This document shows positions 25,566 to 34,189 of a stretch of 64,000 nt of DNA, piece by piece. Source of the stretch: Candidatus Woesebacteria bacterium RBG_13_46_13 (GTDB lineage: Bacteria; Patescibacteriota; Microgenomatia; UBA8517); assembly GCA_001791995.1 (NCBI GenBank), contig MGFR01000002.1, positions 36,457 to 100,456 of the forward strand. Reading direction: 5' to 3'. The position numbers and the translations under genes were made by a program. Numbering within the stretch: the first letter of the stretch is position 1; the number at the start of each line of letters is the position of its first letter. The notes under the pieces are model-generated. The model was not told where the DNA came from and ran no database searches. It was given only the letters and a program-made list of their open reading frames with translations.

Positions 25566-25742
25566 TTATTTCAGCTTCGAGGATTCTTTATGGGGGGTAA
25601 CCTTCCGGCAGGTTCTGCAGTACTTGTTAAGCAGCAGCTTCTTTTCTTCCATGTTGATCTTGTTCCTTTCGGTAAGATAGTTCTGGTTCTTACAGACGGA
25701 ACAAAGCAAGGCTACATGTTCTCGCGCACCTTTTTTTGCCAT
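25566..25742 (-). CDS. rpmG: 50S ribosomal protein L33
   Basis: Manual translation gives MAKKGAREHVALLCSVCKNQNYLTERNKINMEEKKLLLNKYCRTCRKVTPHKESSKLK, 58 aa, with the CxxC...CxxC L33 zinc ribbon. Missing from the ORF track (under 60 aa). Confidence 0.8.
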   Translation of the reverse strand: MAKKGAREHVALLCSVCKNQNYLTERNKINMEEKKLLLNKYCRTCRKVTPHKESSKLK

Positions 25743-25784
25743 ACGTTGCGTATTTTACCTAAAGCAGGCTCTCTAAACAATAGG

Positions 25785-25856
25785 GAGCCGAGGGTGGGAA
25801 TCGGACCCACGACCTAGTCATTACCAATGACTTGCTCTACCACTGAGCCACCTCGG
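25785..25856 (-). tRNA. tRNA-Thr (anticodon GGT)
   Basis: Reverse complement: GCCGAGG TG GCTCAGTGGTAGAGC A AGTCA TTGGTAA TGACT AGGTC GTGGG TTCGATT CCCAC CCTCGGC T. Acceptor and anticodon stems pair; anticodon GGT. Confidence 0.85.
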
Positions 25857-26009
25857 CGCATGAGAATTATATCAAAAACTTGCTATACTCAAAGAAATGA
25901 GCCGTACCCAAGCCCTGCTTCTGATTCTTGCCGCAGCCTTCTTTATTGTCCTGATCTACGTTGTCAGCCACCTTACGGCCTTTGGCCCTTCGGGAGTCTT
26001 CAAATAGGG

Positions 26010-26094
26010 TGCTGGGACTAGGATTCGAACCTAGGTAGGCCTTTCGACCGCCAGATTTACAGTCTGGTGCGATTGTCCGCTCCGCCATCCCAGC
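26010..26094 (-). tRNA. tRNA-Tyr (anticodon GTA, long variable arm)
   Basis: Reverse complement: GCTGGGA TG GCGGAGCGGACAATCGC ACCAGA CTGTAAA TCTGG CGGTCGAAAGGCCTACC TAGG TTCGAAT CCTAG TCCCAGC A, a type II tRNA. Confidence 0.85.
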
Positions 26095-26095
26095 T

Positions 26096-26170
26096 TGGAG
26101 CCGACGAGTGGATTCGAACCACTGACTTGCTGTTTACAAAACAGCTACTCTACCGCTGAGTTACGCCGGC
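26096..26170 (-). tRNA. tRNA-Thr (anticodon TGT), CCA encoded
   Basis: Reverse complement: GCCGGCG TA ACTCAGCGGTAGAGT A GCTGT TTTGTAA ACAGC AAGTC AGTGG TTCGAAT CCACT CGTCGGC T CCA. Confidence 0.85.
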
Positions 26171-26174
26171 GCAA

Positions 26175-26215
26175 GGCAAATTATACCACAATCTGAAGCT
26201 GATTATCGGAAATTT
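26175..26215 (-). promoter_or_regulatory. Probable promoter of the tRNA-Thr-Tyr-Thr-rpmG-tRNA-Trp transcription unit (extended -10 TGTGGTATAAT)
   Basis: Minus strand: TTCCGATAATCAGCTTCAGATTGTGGTATAATTTGCCTTGC immediately precedes the tRNA-Thr 5' end. TATAAT lies at 26180-26185. Confidence 0.4.
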
Positions 26216-26401
26216 GGAGAATGGAATGACCCTGCCTTGAAGGCTCGGGAAGAAGTTTTCCCCGCAACTTGCAGGTGGGTGGGCTCAGCCCTAGCCCGCA
26301 GGCTAAAGCGATTTGCCCTCCCAAGAAAACTTTCAGTGAGGAAAATTTCCCCAAGTCTCCTCAACAGGGTCACCTTAATTGTATCAAGCGGGGTCAATAA
26401 A

Positions 26402-27079
26402 CTAAATGATACCGCTGCCGGGGATGAGGATCCTAAGGACAAAATTCAGTACGGGGGCGACTATCAACGAGAAGATAGATGCTCCGCCGAAGGTGGGGAA
26501 AATCAAAAACAGCAGTAGAATCATGCCGTATCTTTTGAGGAATAAATCCACAGAGAGGGCCTGTTGTCTGGGGAGTAAGCCTACCAGGACCTTTCCGCCG
26601 TCCAAGGGGTGGATAGGGATTAAATTGAAGATAGCCAGTATGACATTAAGAGCTATGAATGGATAGAAAAGTGCCGAATAGTAAGACAGGGGGGAGAAAG
26701 GGGAAGAGGAGAGTCTGACAATGAGGGACAGAATAGAGGCGAGTGTTAGGTTGGCTAGGGGTCCGGCAAAAGAGATAAGGGCTGAATCCCTTCTTGGATT
26801 TTTTAGGTTATAAGGATCGAAGGCAACAGGCTTTGCCCAACCGAAGGGGATAATGTATCTAAAGCCTTCAAGCCCTGGAATTGTTGCAAGACTCCTAAGG
26901 ATAACCAAAACTAAAAGTAGGGTGGTTCCGATCGGGTCGTAGTGGACGATGGGGTTTAAGGAAAGCCTGCCCATTAACCGTGGAGTAGGGTCTCCAAGCC
27001 TATCGGCCATCCAAGCATGGGCGGCTTCGTGGATGGTGATGGCAACAACAAACGCCAGTATCCAGACAATTATCGACAT
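26402..27079 (-). CDS. Peptidase M50 family (site-2 protease-like) integral membrane metalloprotease
   Basis: HEAAHAWMADRLGD is the HExxH motif in a TM helix. Multi-pass membrane protein. LDGG motif near the C-terminus. Confidence 0.7.
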   Translation of the reverse strand: MSIIVWILAFVVAITIHEAAHAWMADRLGDPTPRLMGRLSLNPIVHYDPIGTTLLLVLVILRSLATIPGLEGFRYIIPFGWAKPVAFDPYNLKNPRRDSALISFAGPLANLTLASILSLIVRLSSSPFSPLSYYSALFYPFIALNVILAIFNLIPIHPLDGGKVLVGLLPRQQALSVDLFLKRYGMILLLFLIFPTFGGASIFSLIVAPVLNFVLRILIPGSGII

Positions 27080-27151
27080 GGGCTTTACGTAATCAGTGTT
27101 CTAATAGTATAATACTTCGACTTCAAGGCTAAAAGTCCCTTGAGTAAAGAA

Positions 27152-27400
27152 ATGGCATATATTTGCGACAATTGCGGCAAGAGCATCGTTTCAGGGCGTT
27201 CGCAGCACCACAGGCGGGGTGTTGCCGGGAGACGTTGGGCAAAAAGAGCCCAATCAACCCTAAGAACATTCAAGCCGAACTTGCAGAAGGCTGCGATTCT
27301 GGTTGCCGGCAAGAAGGTTTCGATGAAACTCTGTACCAGGTGTCTTAAAAGATTCAAGAAAGAAGGAAAACTTTACTCTGCAAAGACTGCGTCGGCGTAA
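27152..27400 (+). CDS. rpmB: 50S ribosomal protein L28
   Basis: MAYICDNCGKSIVSGRSQHHRRGVAGRRWAKRAQSTLRTFKPNLQKA... has the L28 family pattern (C-x2-C-G-K...SH...R.F.PNLQ). The track ORF starts 12 nt earlier. Confidence 0.75.
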   Translation: MAYICDNCGKSIVSGRSQHHRRGVAGRRWAKRAQSTLRTFKPNLQKAAILVAGKKVSMKLCTRCLKRFKKEGKLYSAKTASA

Positions 27401-28314
27401 CCTCTTTTAAATTCGTCCCAGGATACCGGACTTTTTCCTTCAAGCTGAACCAAATCCAATTCTAATTTCCCGTCACCCTCGTGTGCCTTTAATATTTTAA
27501 TTCTCAACTTCTGATTCCTGATTTTTATTTTCGTCCAAGCACACGGCCAGGGATAGAGCGCCCGGATAAAATTGTTGAGATTGCCGGGGTTGGGGACAAG
27601 AGCCAGATCTCTGACAAAGGAAACCGACCTTTCTTCCTTTATCTTGTCCGACCCGGAAAGGGCGGCAGCCAGGTATTCGGGAGGGATAAATCCATCCTCT
27701 CGCTTAACCAATAAAGTATATGATGCTTCGTCGTGGTTTTGGGCTCTGGGAGTAATCTTGCCCTTTATAAAGACAGGGATAAGTTCGACCAAGACTTCGG
27801 CGCCCCTTAAAAAAAGTTTTGCCCTGAGAGTTTCGCAGCTATCATCGGCTGCGATTTCTTCCTTGAACTGGGAAACAATCGGTCCGTGGTCCATCTGGCT
27901 ATCAAGCTTAATTATGGTTACTCCCGTTTGGGTCAGCCCCGAAGCAATTGCCGCCTGTACAGGGGATGCTCCCCTGAATTTAGGCAGCAGCGAGGGGTGG
28001 ATGTTTAATATTCCGTATTTGAATCTTTTGATTACGGCCTCGGGAATTATTGAGCCATATGCAGCCAGGATACCCAAATCCGCCTCCGGGCCTTTTTCCA
28101 ACAAATCCGTATTCTTATAAAATGTCGGAATCTTTCTTTGATGCGCCCAACCATCCACGGGGGAATAAGTGACAATTTTCTTCCTGCCGACAGGCTTTGG
28201 AGGTTGAGTGACAACAGCCACGACCGAGGAGCCGAGGTTGACCTTAATCTTTTTATGGATATTCTCGACAACCGGTAAAACATACTCTGGTGTTCCGAAG
28301 AAGACGATTTTCAT
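27373..28314 (-). CDS. fmt: Methionyl-tRNA formyltransferase
   Basis: MKIVFFGTPEYVLPVVENI..., ILNIHPSLLPKFRGASPVQAAI. Adjacent to def. Confidence 0.9.
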   Translation of the reverse strand: MKIVFFGTPEYVLPVVENIHKKIKVNLGSSVVAVVTQPPKPVGRKKIVTYSPVDGWAHQRKIPTFYKNTDLLEKGPEADLGILAAYGSIIPEAVIKRFKYGILNIHPSLLPKFRGASPVQAAIASGLTQTGVTIIKLDSQMDHGPIVSQFKEEIAADDSCETLRAKLFLRGAEVLVELIPVFIKGKITPRAQNHDEASYTLLVKREDGFIPPEYLAAALSGSDKIKEERSVSFVRDLALVPNPGNLNNFIRALYPWPCAWTKIKIRNQKLRIKILKAHEGDGKLELDLVQLEGKSPVSWDEFKRGYADAVFAE

Positions 28315-28318
28315 TTTC

Positions 28319-28852
28319 CTAAATCAGTTCAACCTCCACCCATTCTCCGCCCTCCATTTTATAAAGGGTTTTCTTCTGTTCCAGGAGTCTGTCGACGAAC
28401 ATGATCCCGTTTAAATGGTCGATTTCGTGTTGGACGATCTGGGCGGTAAAACCCGTAAACTCCTCCACTTTTTCTTTTCCCTCGGGAGTAAGGTATTTGA
28501 TCTTGACGGTGGTGGCTCTTTTGAGAGGGGTGTAGTAGTTGGGTAGAGAAAGACAGCCTTCCAGAATCGAATGCTCTTTGTGGGATGCATAACCCTGTTT
28601 TTTGGAAACTTCGACGATTTCGGGGTTAATTACCGGCACTATTTCTTTGCCCTTGGCCATAACGAAAACTCGTAGGTTAATTCCTATCTGGCAAGCGGCC
28701 AGACCCACTCCTTCCGGATCCTTTTGAGCGGATAGGGTGTCGCTTAAGTCTTTAATGAGGTTGGTAACTTTTTTGTCGACCTTTTTGACCGGTTTTGATA
28801 TTCGTCTTAAGACCGGGTCTTTTGACCCGACAATTTTTCTAATCATGCCCAA
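28319..28852 (-). CDS. def: Peptide deformylase
   Basis: GVGLAACQIGINLRVFV, EGCLSLP and QHEIDHLNG are the three def motifs. Confidence 0.9.
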   Translation of the reverse strand: MGMIRKIVGSKDPVLRRISKPVKKVDKKVTNLIKDLSDTLSAQKDPEGVGLAACQIGINLRVFVMAKGKEIVPVINPEIVEVSKKQGYASHKEHSILEGCLSLPNYYTPLKRATTVKIKYLTPEGKEKVEEFTGFTAQIVQHEIDHLNGIMFVDRLLEQKKTLYKMEGGEWVEVELI

Positions 28853-28861
28853 TTATATCAT

Positions 28862-30913
28862 TTAGGGCGATTTCTTGGTTAATTTTTCCAGTTCGGCCTG
28901 GACGATCGAGTCGTTGGGGTCGATGCGGGTCAGGATGTAGCCAAACTCTTCAATCGCTTTTTGTTTTTGGCCTTTGTCCGCAAGCGTCAGGGCGTAGGCC
29001 AGCCTGGCGTCCCGGTAGTTGGGTTTCATGGCGATAGCTTTTTCAAACTGCAAAAGCGCCTCCTCTTCCTCACCGGTTCTCAAGTAGGTTAGGCCCAGAT
29101 TGTAAACAAGCTTGGCGTCGGTCGGGGCGAGAGCGAGCGACTCGTTGATAATGGCAATCGCATCTTGCAGGTAGCCGGGCTCTATCGGGGAGAGCTTGAT
29201 ATACATCGTGGTTGCATTTCGTTTAAGGTTGACGTTTTTGGGGGAGAGGGAGACTCCTTTGGAGGATTCCTTAATCGCCTCCAGGGCGAATTCCCCGGCT
29301 TTGGTGTCTTCTTTGGCCTCGGAAAGGGCAACGGCAATCCCCGTGGTTGATTGGGACAGCTCGTCCCAGAAGATAGATTCATGCGGGGATAGCTTGACCG
29401 CCTTAACCAGGGCCTGGCGTGCGTTTACATAGCCGCCCTTATCGTTCAAGGTCTTTCCCTGGGCAAAAAGCGTATCCGCGTACCAGTAGCGGAAGATGGA
29501 TATCAACAGATAACCGGAAATACCCAGTAAAACCAGCAAGCCGGCTTTTTGGGAAGTGTTTAGCCTGGCGGTTATTGATTTTTCCGTATCAGGCTTTCCC
29601 GACGAGATAGCTATGGCAATGGCCGGAAAGAGGAAAAATTCAAGCGCGGTTGGTACTACCGAGAAGCCGAAGAAGTTGGTGACAAGGAGACTGATATAGC
29701 CCGACAAGAGGGCAATATTTAATATCTTTTTCTTGGCCAGGATGGCGGCAACGGAAAAGCCGATAAGTATCAGATAGGTTGCGGTACCGAAAGTTCCGGT
29801 TGTAGCTAGGAAATTTAGGTATTCGTTGTGGGCTTTGTTATAAAGGAAATCCCATTCGGACACCAGGTTGTGTTCGATGGGGCGATAGTTGTAGTAAGAA
29901 TAGGCGAATGTTTCTACGCCCGTTCCGAAAAGGGGATAGTGTTTCCAGATTTCGATAGCCCCCCTCCAGACAATTTTTCGAATCTTGCCGGAATCGGTTC
30001 CTCCCACCTCAAGCGCCGGTCCCTGGAAGGAAAGTTGCGGCAGGGTAGCCTGACCTCGGACTATTTTAAATATATTCGGGCTCCAGGGTGTTCCTATCGT
30101 TACGACCAGAATCAAAAAGAGGGAGTTGATACCCACAAATTTTTTGACAAAGCCTTTGACACCCTGGCTCTTTTTTCTGCTGCCCCAATACACAAAGGGC
30201 CAGAAGGCCAAAGAAGCTGCCGCAAACCCGATCAGGCCGGAGCGTGATTTGGTAAAAAGCAGCGTCAGAAAAAATATTACTGAAAGAGCCAGAAAGAACC
30301 AAACTTTTTTACCTTTCTCCTTAAGAATAAAGGCCCAGGTCAGAGGGATAAGGGCCACCAGCCAGGCCGCCAGCCAGTTGGGTTGCCCCAGGGTAGAAAA
30401 GACCCTTTGGGCAACATCCTGGACCCAAATATCTTTATCTATTCCGAAATGTTCCAAAATTCCGTAGACGCTTACCAAAAAAGCCGAAACCAAGAGAAAA
30501 CGCAGGGCAGAGAGTGTTTTTTTGGCATCAATGTTTGAGACCCAGGCCCAATACAAAAGCGAGCAGGAGATACTCGAGGCCAGCCCTCCGTTGAACCTTG
30601 AGTAATAACCCAGGAAGGAGGTCCGGGCGTCAAACGAAAAAATTGTCGAAACAAGTTGGGAGAAGAGGAACAACAACAGAGGAATGTCTAATATTGTGCG
30701 ACGGAATATGATTTTCTTGGCCAGTAGCATTTTGGCCAACCATGCGGCAACGATTAGGCTTGTCAGAATATAAACCGCTACTATCTTGTTGAATTCAAAA
30801 AGTTCTGAAGTATACGGCAGCAGAATTATCGGGATAAAGAACAAAAGGATTCTTACCAAGAGAAAAATAGCCCTTTCAAGCACTTGACCCATTTCAAACA
30901 ATTTACTATACAT
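28862..30913 (-). CDS. O-antigen ligase (Wzy_C)-like polytopic membrane protein with C-terminal TPR repeats
   Basis: A block of about 10 TM helices with a periplasmic loop. The C-terminal segment ...NLGLTYLRTGEEEEALLQFEKAIAMKPNYRDARLAYALTL... is TPR-like. The track ORF extends to 31051 and would overlap mreB; an internal Met at 30913 or 30892 is preferred. Confidence 0.6.
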   Translation of the reverse strand: MYSKLFEMGQVLERAIFLLVRILLFFIPIILLPYTSELFEFNKIVAVYILTSLIVAAWLAKMLLAKKIIFRRTILDIPLLLFLFSQLVSTIFSFDARTSFLGYYSRFNGGLASSISCSLLYWAWVSNIDAKKTLSALRFLLVSAFLVSVYGILEHFGIDKDIWVQDVAQRVFSTLGQPNWLAAWLVALIPLTWAFILKEKGKKVWFFLALSVIFFLTLLFTKSRSGLIGFAAASLAFWPFVYWGSRKKSQGVKGFVKKFVGINSLFLILVVTIGTPWSPNIFKIVRGQATLPQLSFQGPALEVGGTDSGKIRKIVWRGAIEIWKHYPLFGTGVETFAYSYYNYRPIEHNLVSEWDFLYNKAHNEYLNFLATTGTFGTATYLILIGFSVAAILAKKKILNIALLSGYISLLVTNFFGFSVVPTALEFFLFPAIAIAISSGKPDTEKSITARLNTSQKAGLLVLLGISGYLLISIFRYWYADTLFAQGKTLNDKGGYVNARQALVKAVKLSPHESIFWDELSQSTTGIAVALSEAKEDTKAGEFALEAIKESSKGVSLSPKNVNLKRNATTMYIKLSPIEPGYLQDAIAIINESLALAPTDAKLVYNLGLTYLRTGEEEEALLQFEKAIAMKPNYRDARLAYALTLADKGQKQKAIEEFGYILTRIDPNDSIVQAELEKLTKKSP

Positions 30914-30977
30914 TTTTGAGCCTTGCAATGAACTTTGCCAAAAGATATCCTTGCCTTGCCTAACAAACTGACGATAT

Positions 30978-32030
30978 ATGAGACTTCCATTGGTAAATAG
31001 ATTATTCGGGTTATTCTCCCACGATGTCGGAATCGACTTAGGAACAGCCAATACCTTGGTCTATGTCAAAGGCAAGGGGATTGTCATTAGGGAGCCCTCT
31101 GCGGTTGCCAGACACAAAAAAACCAAAGAAATCCTGGCCATCGGGACTTCGGCCAAAAGAATGTTGGGTCGAACTCCCGCCATGATAGAAACCATCAGGC
31201 CCTTAAGGGACGGGGTTATTGCCGACTTTGATGCAACGGCCGCGATGCTGACCTACTACATTAAAAGAGTCCACGAATCGGGAAGCGTTATTCCCAAAAT
31301 TCCCCGGCCCAGAATCGTTATCGGGATTCCCTCGGGGGTGACCGAAGTGGAGAGGCGGGCGGTGGCGGATGCGGCGGTTGCGGCTGGAGCCAGGGAGGCG
31401 CATCTGATTGAAGAACCCATGGCTGCGGCCATCGGGGCGGCTCTACCCATCGAAGATCCGGGAGGGGTTTTTGTAGTCGATATCGGCGGGGGGACCAGCG
31501 AGATTGCGGTCATTTCTTTGGGGGGGATTGTCTTGGGCCGCTCGATAAGGGTTGCCGGGGATGAAATGGATGAGGCGATAATCAACTATGTCCGGCTTAA
31601 ATACTCGTTACTTATAGGGCAACCGTCGGCGGAAGAGGTCAAGATCGGGATCGGCTCGGCCATCTCCGGCAAGGATAAGTTTGCTGTGGTTCGGGGCAGG
31701 GATTTGGAAAACGGACTGCCCAAATCAGTGAAGTTGGCCAGTAGCGAGGTGAGGGAGGCCCTGACTCCCACCATCCAGGAGATTATCGGCAGTATTTCCG
31801 ATACCATCGAAGAGACCCCGCCGGAGCTTATTTCTGATATTATGGAGCGGGGAATTATTTTGGCCGGAGGCGGCTCACTTTTGCCGGGGATAGACAGGGT
31901 GATATCGGAAGCAACCAAGATGCCGGTTTGGATAGCGGATGACCCTTTAACCTGCGTTGTTAGAGGCTGCGGAAAGGTCTTGGAAGATGCCAGGCTATTG
32001 GCCAAGATGAGGGTCACCCGGGGGCTTTAA
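30978..32030 (+). CDS. mreB: Rod shape-determining protein MreB
   Basis: DVGIDLGTANTLVYVKGKGIV...VVDIGGGTSEIAVISLGG...ILAGGGSLLPG are actin-fold MreB motifs. Confidence 0.9.
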   Translation: MRLPLVNRLFGLFSHDVGIDLGTANTLVYVKGKGIVIREPSAVARHKKTKEILAIGTSAKRMLGRTPAMIETIRPLRDGVIADFDATAAMLTYYIKRVHESGSVIPKIPRPRIVIGIPSGVTEVERRAVADAAVAAGAREAHLIEEPMAAAIGAALPIEDPGGVFVVDIGGGTSEIAVISLGGIVLGRSIRVAGDEMDEAIINYVRLKYSLLIGQPSAEEVKIGIGSAISGKDKFAVVRGRDLENGLPKSVKLASSEVREALTPTIQEIIGSISDTIEETPPELISDIMERGIILAGGGSLLPGIDRVISEATKMPVWIADDPLTCVVRGCGKVLEDARLLAKMRVTRGL

Positions 32031-33620
32031 ATGGAAACTCTTTCTGCCACAAGAAATCAGAGTTGGTTATCCTGGTTTTTGAGAGGGATTTTAATACTGG
32101 GGTTTCTGCTTCTTATCGGCCGGCTTTTTGAACTTCAAGTTATCAAAGGCAATTACTTTCGCTCCATAGCCGAAGGCAACAGGATTCGCAGGATTCCCAT
32201 AACCGCGGCCCGGGGAAAAATATTGGCAAGGGGCGGAGAAGTTTTGGCGGGCAGTATCGAGGTCAAAAGAAAAATAGTGTTTGATAAGAACTCGGGGTAT
32301 TCAAAAGTTGAAGATATTTCCGGAGCTTCGCCGGAAGATGTTGTCAGCGAATGGAAAAGGGATTATCCCTTGGGTCAGGCCTTCGCCCACGTCGGTGGAT
32401 ATTTGGGAGAAGTGGCTCCGGAGGAGGTGGACAAGATTAATCCGCAATGTCCCGAGAAGGGACCGAGACACCCCGGTCAGCTTATAGGAAGAAGCGGATT
32501 GGAGCAGGAGTACGAATGTACTCTGGCAGGAATCGAAGGAGAAGAATTGGTTGAGGTGGATACCCAGGGGAATAAGGTCAGGGTTTTAGGCAGGAGAGAG
32601 CCGACCGCAGGGCACGACTTGAAAACCTCAATCCAGTTTGGTCTTCAGAAAAAGGTAGCCCAGACTCTTAACGGAAAATCCGGGGCGGCGGTTGTTACGG
32701 ACGGGACAGGTCAGGTTTTGGCTCTTTATTCGTCCCCCTCCTTTAATCCGAAAAATCCTGGCGAGGTCCTTACCGACCCCAATCTTCCTCTTTTTAATCG
32801 AGCGATAGGGGGTCAGTACCATCCAGGCTCGGTTTTCAAACCGGTTGTTGCCATTGCTGCCCTTGAGGAAGGGAAGATAGATGAAAATTATACCTATGAA
32901 GATACGGGTAAAATTACCGTCGATTCTGCCTACGGCAGCTTCTCCTACACCAACTGGTACTTTAACCAATATGGCGGGACAGAGGGAAAGATTGGACTGG
33001 TTCGTGCAATTGCCCGCTCTACGGACACCTTTTTTTACAAACTCGGAGAAATAGTCGGAATCGACAAATTGGTTTATTGGATGGAAAAGATGGGATTGAC
33101 GGCAGGGGTAAACATTGACATCCCGGGTGAAATTCAAAATTTAATTCCGTCTCCCGCATGGAAGCTTAAGGTAAAAGGAGAACAATGGTTTTTGGGCAAT
33201 ACTTACCATTTATCCATCGGACAGGGGGACTTGGCCCTGACCGTTGTCGGGCTCCATCGGGCGCTTTTGGCAATTGCTAACGGCGGAGCGCTTTGCGAAT
33301 TAGGAATTGCGCAGAACCCCCGCTGTACCAATTTGAAACTTGAAGAGAAGAAGGTCGAGCTTGTTAAGGAGGGAATGATGCAGGCCTGCAGTACAGGCGG
33401 AACCGGCTATACATTCTTTGATTTTACCCCGCAGGTTGGTTGCAAGACCGGAACTGCCGAGACAAACGAAGACGGGAAAACACACGCGTGGTTTAACGTT
33501 TTTGCGCCAACCGAGTTCCCCGAGATTTCGGCAACTGTTATGATTGAGAGGTCCGGAGAGGGCTCTAAAGTTGCCGGTCCTTTGGCGAGAGAGATTTTTG
33601 ATTATTGGTTTCATCCATGA
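32031..33620 (+). CDS. mrdA: Penicillin-binding protein 2 (transpeptidase)
   Basis: N-terminal TM, GSVFKP (SxxK) and KTGTAE (KTG) motifs. Directly follows mreB with no mreC/mreD. Confidence 0.85.
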   Translation: METLSATRNQSWLSWFLRGILILGFLLLIGRLFELQVIKGNYFRSIAEGNRIRRIPITAARGKILARGGEVLAGSIEVKRKIVFDKNSGYSKVEDISGASPEDVVSEWKRDYPLGQAFAHVGGYLGEVAPEEVDKINPQCPEKGPRHPGQLIGRSGLEQEYECTLAGIEGEELVEVDTQGNKVRVLGRREPTAGHDLKTSIQFGLQKKVAQTLNGKSGAAVVTDGTGQVLALYSSPSFNPKNPGEVLTDPNLPLFNRAIGGQYHPGSVFKPVVAIAALEEGKIDENYTYEDTGKITVDSAYGSFSYTNWYFNQYGGTEGKIGLVRAIARSTDTFFYKLGEIVGIDKLVYWMEKMGLTAGVNIDIPGEIQNLIPSPAWKLKVKGEQWFLGNTYHLSIGQGDLALTVVGLHRALLAIANGGALCELGIAQNPRCTNLKLEEKKVELVKEGMMQACSTGGTGYTFFDFTPQVGCKTGTAETNEDGKTHAWFNVFAPTEFPEISATVMIERSGEGSKVAGPLAREIFDYWFHP

Positions 33621-34189
33621 GGAAACTTTCTGTCCTGGGAAAAATATTAAAGTCCGACGCAAACGCGATTGCTGTTGTCGGGGCAAGAAAGATGTCCCCA
33701 AGGGGAAGAAGGCTGACGGCTAAATTCGTAGACAAATTAGCAAAGGCGGGATATACGATAGTATCCGGTCTGGCGATAGGGATAGACACCGCGGCCCACG
33801 AGGCGGCCCTTAGGGCCGGAGGAAGAACGATTGCGGTATTGGGATCCGGGATAGATATTATCTATCCTTATAGCAACAAGGATCTTGCCGGGAGGATAGC
33901 CAAATCGGGAGCCGTTGTTTCTGCTTTCCCCAAAGGGACAAAACCATTCGGAAAAAACTTCTTGGCAAGAAACAGAATTATAGTTGGTCTTGCAAAAGCG
34001 GTTTTGGTGATTGAGGGAGCAAGAAGAAGTGGTACACTTTCAACCGCTTCCTGGGCAGCCAATGACGGGAAAGATGTTTTTGCAATTCCCGGCTCTGAAG
34101 CAACCGATTGGTTGATAGATCAAGGAGCGACTGTTGCAAAGACGCCAGAGGAAGTAATAGAGTATCTTGATGCAGCTAATCATTGTTGA
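33617..34189 (+). CDS. dprA: DNA processing protein DprA/Smf (Rossmann-fold core only)
   Basis: AVVGARKMSPRGRRLTAKFVDKLAKAGYTIVSGLAIGIDTAAHEAAL...GSGIDIIYP... Immediately upstream of topA, the usual partner. Confidence 0.7.
   Translation: MRKLSVLGKILKSDANAIAVVGARKMSPRGRRLTAKFVDKLAKAGYTIVSGLAIGIDTAAHEAALRAGGRTIAVLGSGIDIIYPYSNKDLAGRIAKSGAVVSAFPKGTKPFGKNFLARNRIIVGLAKAVLVIEGARRSGTLSTASWAANDGKDVFAIPGSEATDWLIDQGATVAKTPEEVIEYLDAANHC

Noticed and set aside
25867-26088. 73 aa minus-strand ORF (MAERTIAPDCKSGG...) from the ORF track
   Set aside because: It overlaps tRNA-Tyr and lies between tRNAs, and its sequence is GC-skewed noise. tRNA structure explains this DNA.
26221-26400. Possible SRP (4.5S) RNA or 6S RNA
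   Set aside because: Only a short AGCC..AAGGCAG resemblance to the SRP domain IV 3' strand. No GNRA-capped helix 8 with the conserved asymmetric loop could be built. Kept as a generic structured element in the findings.
26203-26518. Two overlapping track ORFs (26203-26442 minus, 26237-26518 plus) in the tRNA-upstream spacer
   Set aside because: They are mutually overlapping on opposite strands, have no RBS, and the region is better explained as a promoter plus structured non-coding DNA. The plus-strand ORF also runs antisense into the 3' end of the M50 protease gene.
31256-32017. Antisense ORFs (31256-31585, 31586-32017) inside mreB
   Set aside because: Embedded in a highly conserved gene. 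Low-complexity translation.
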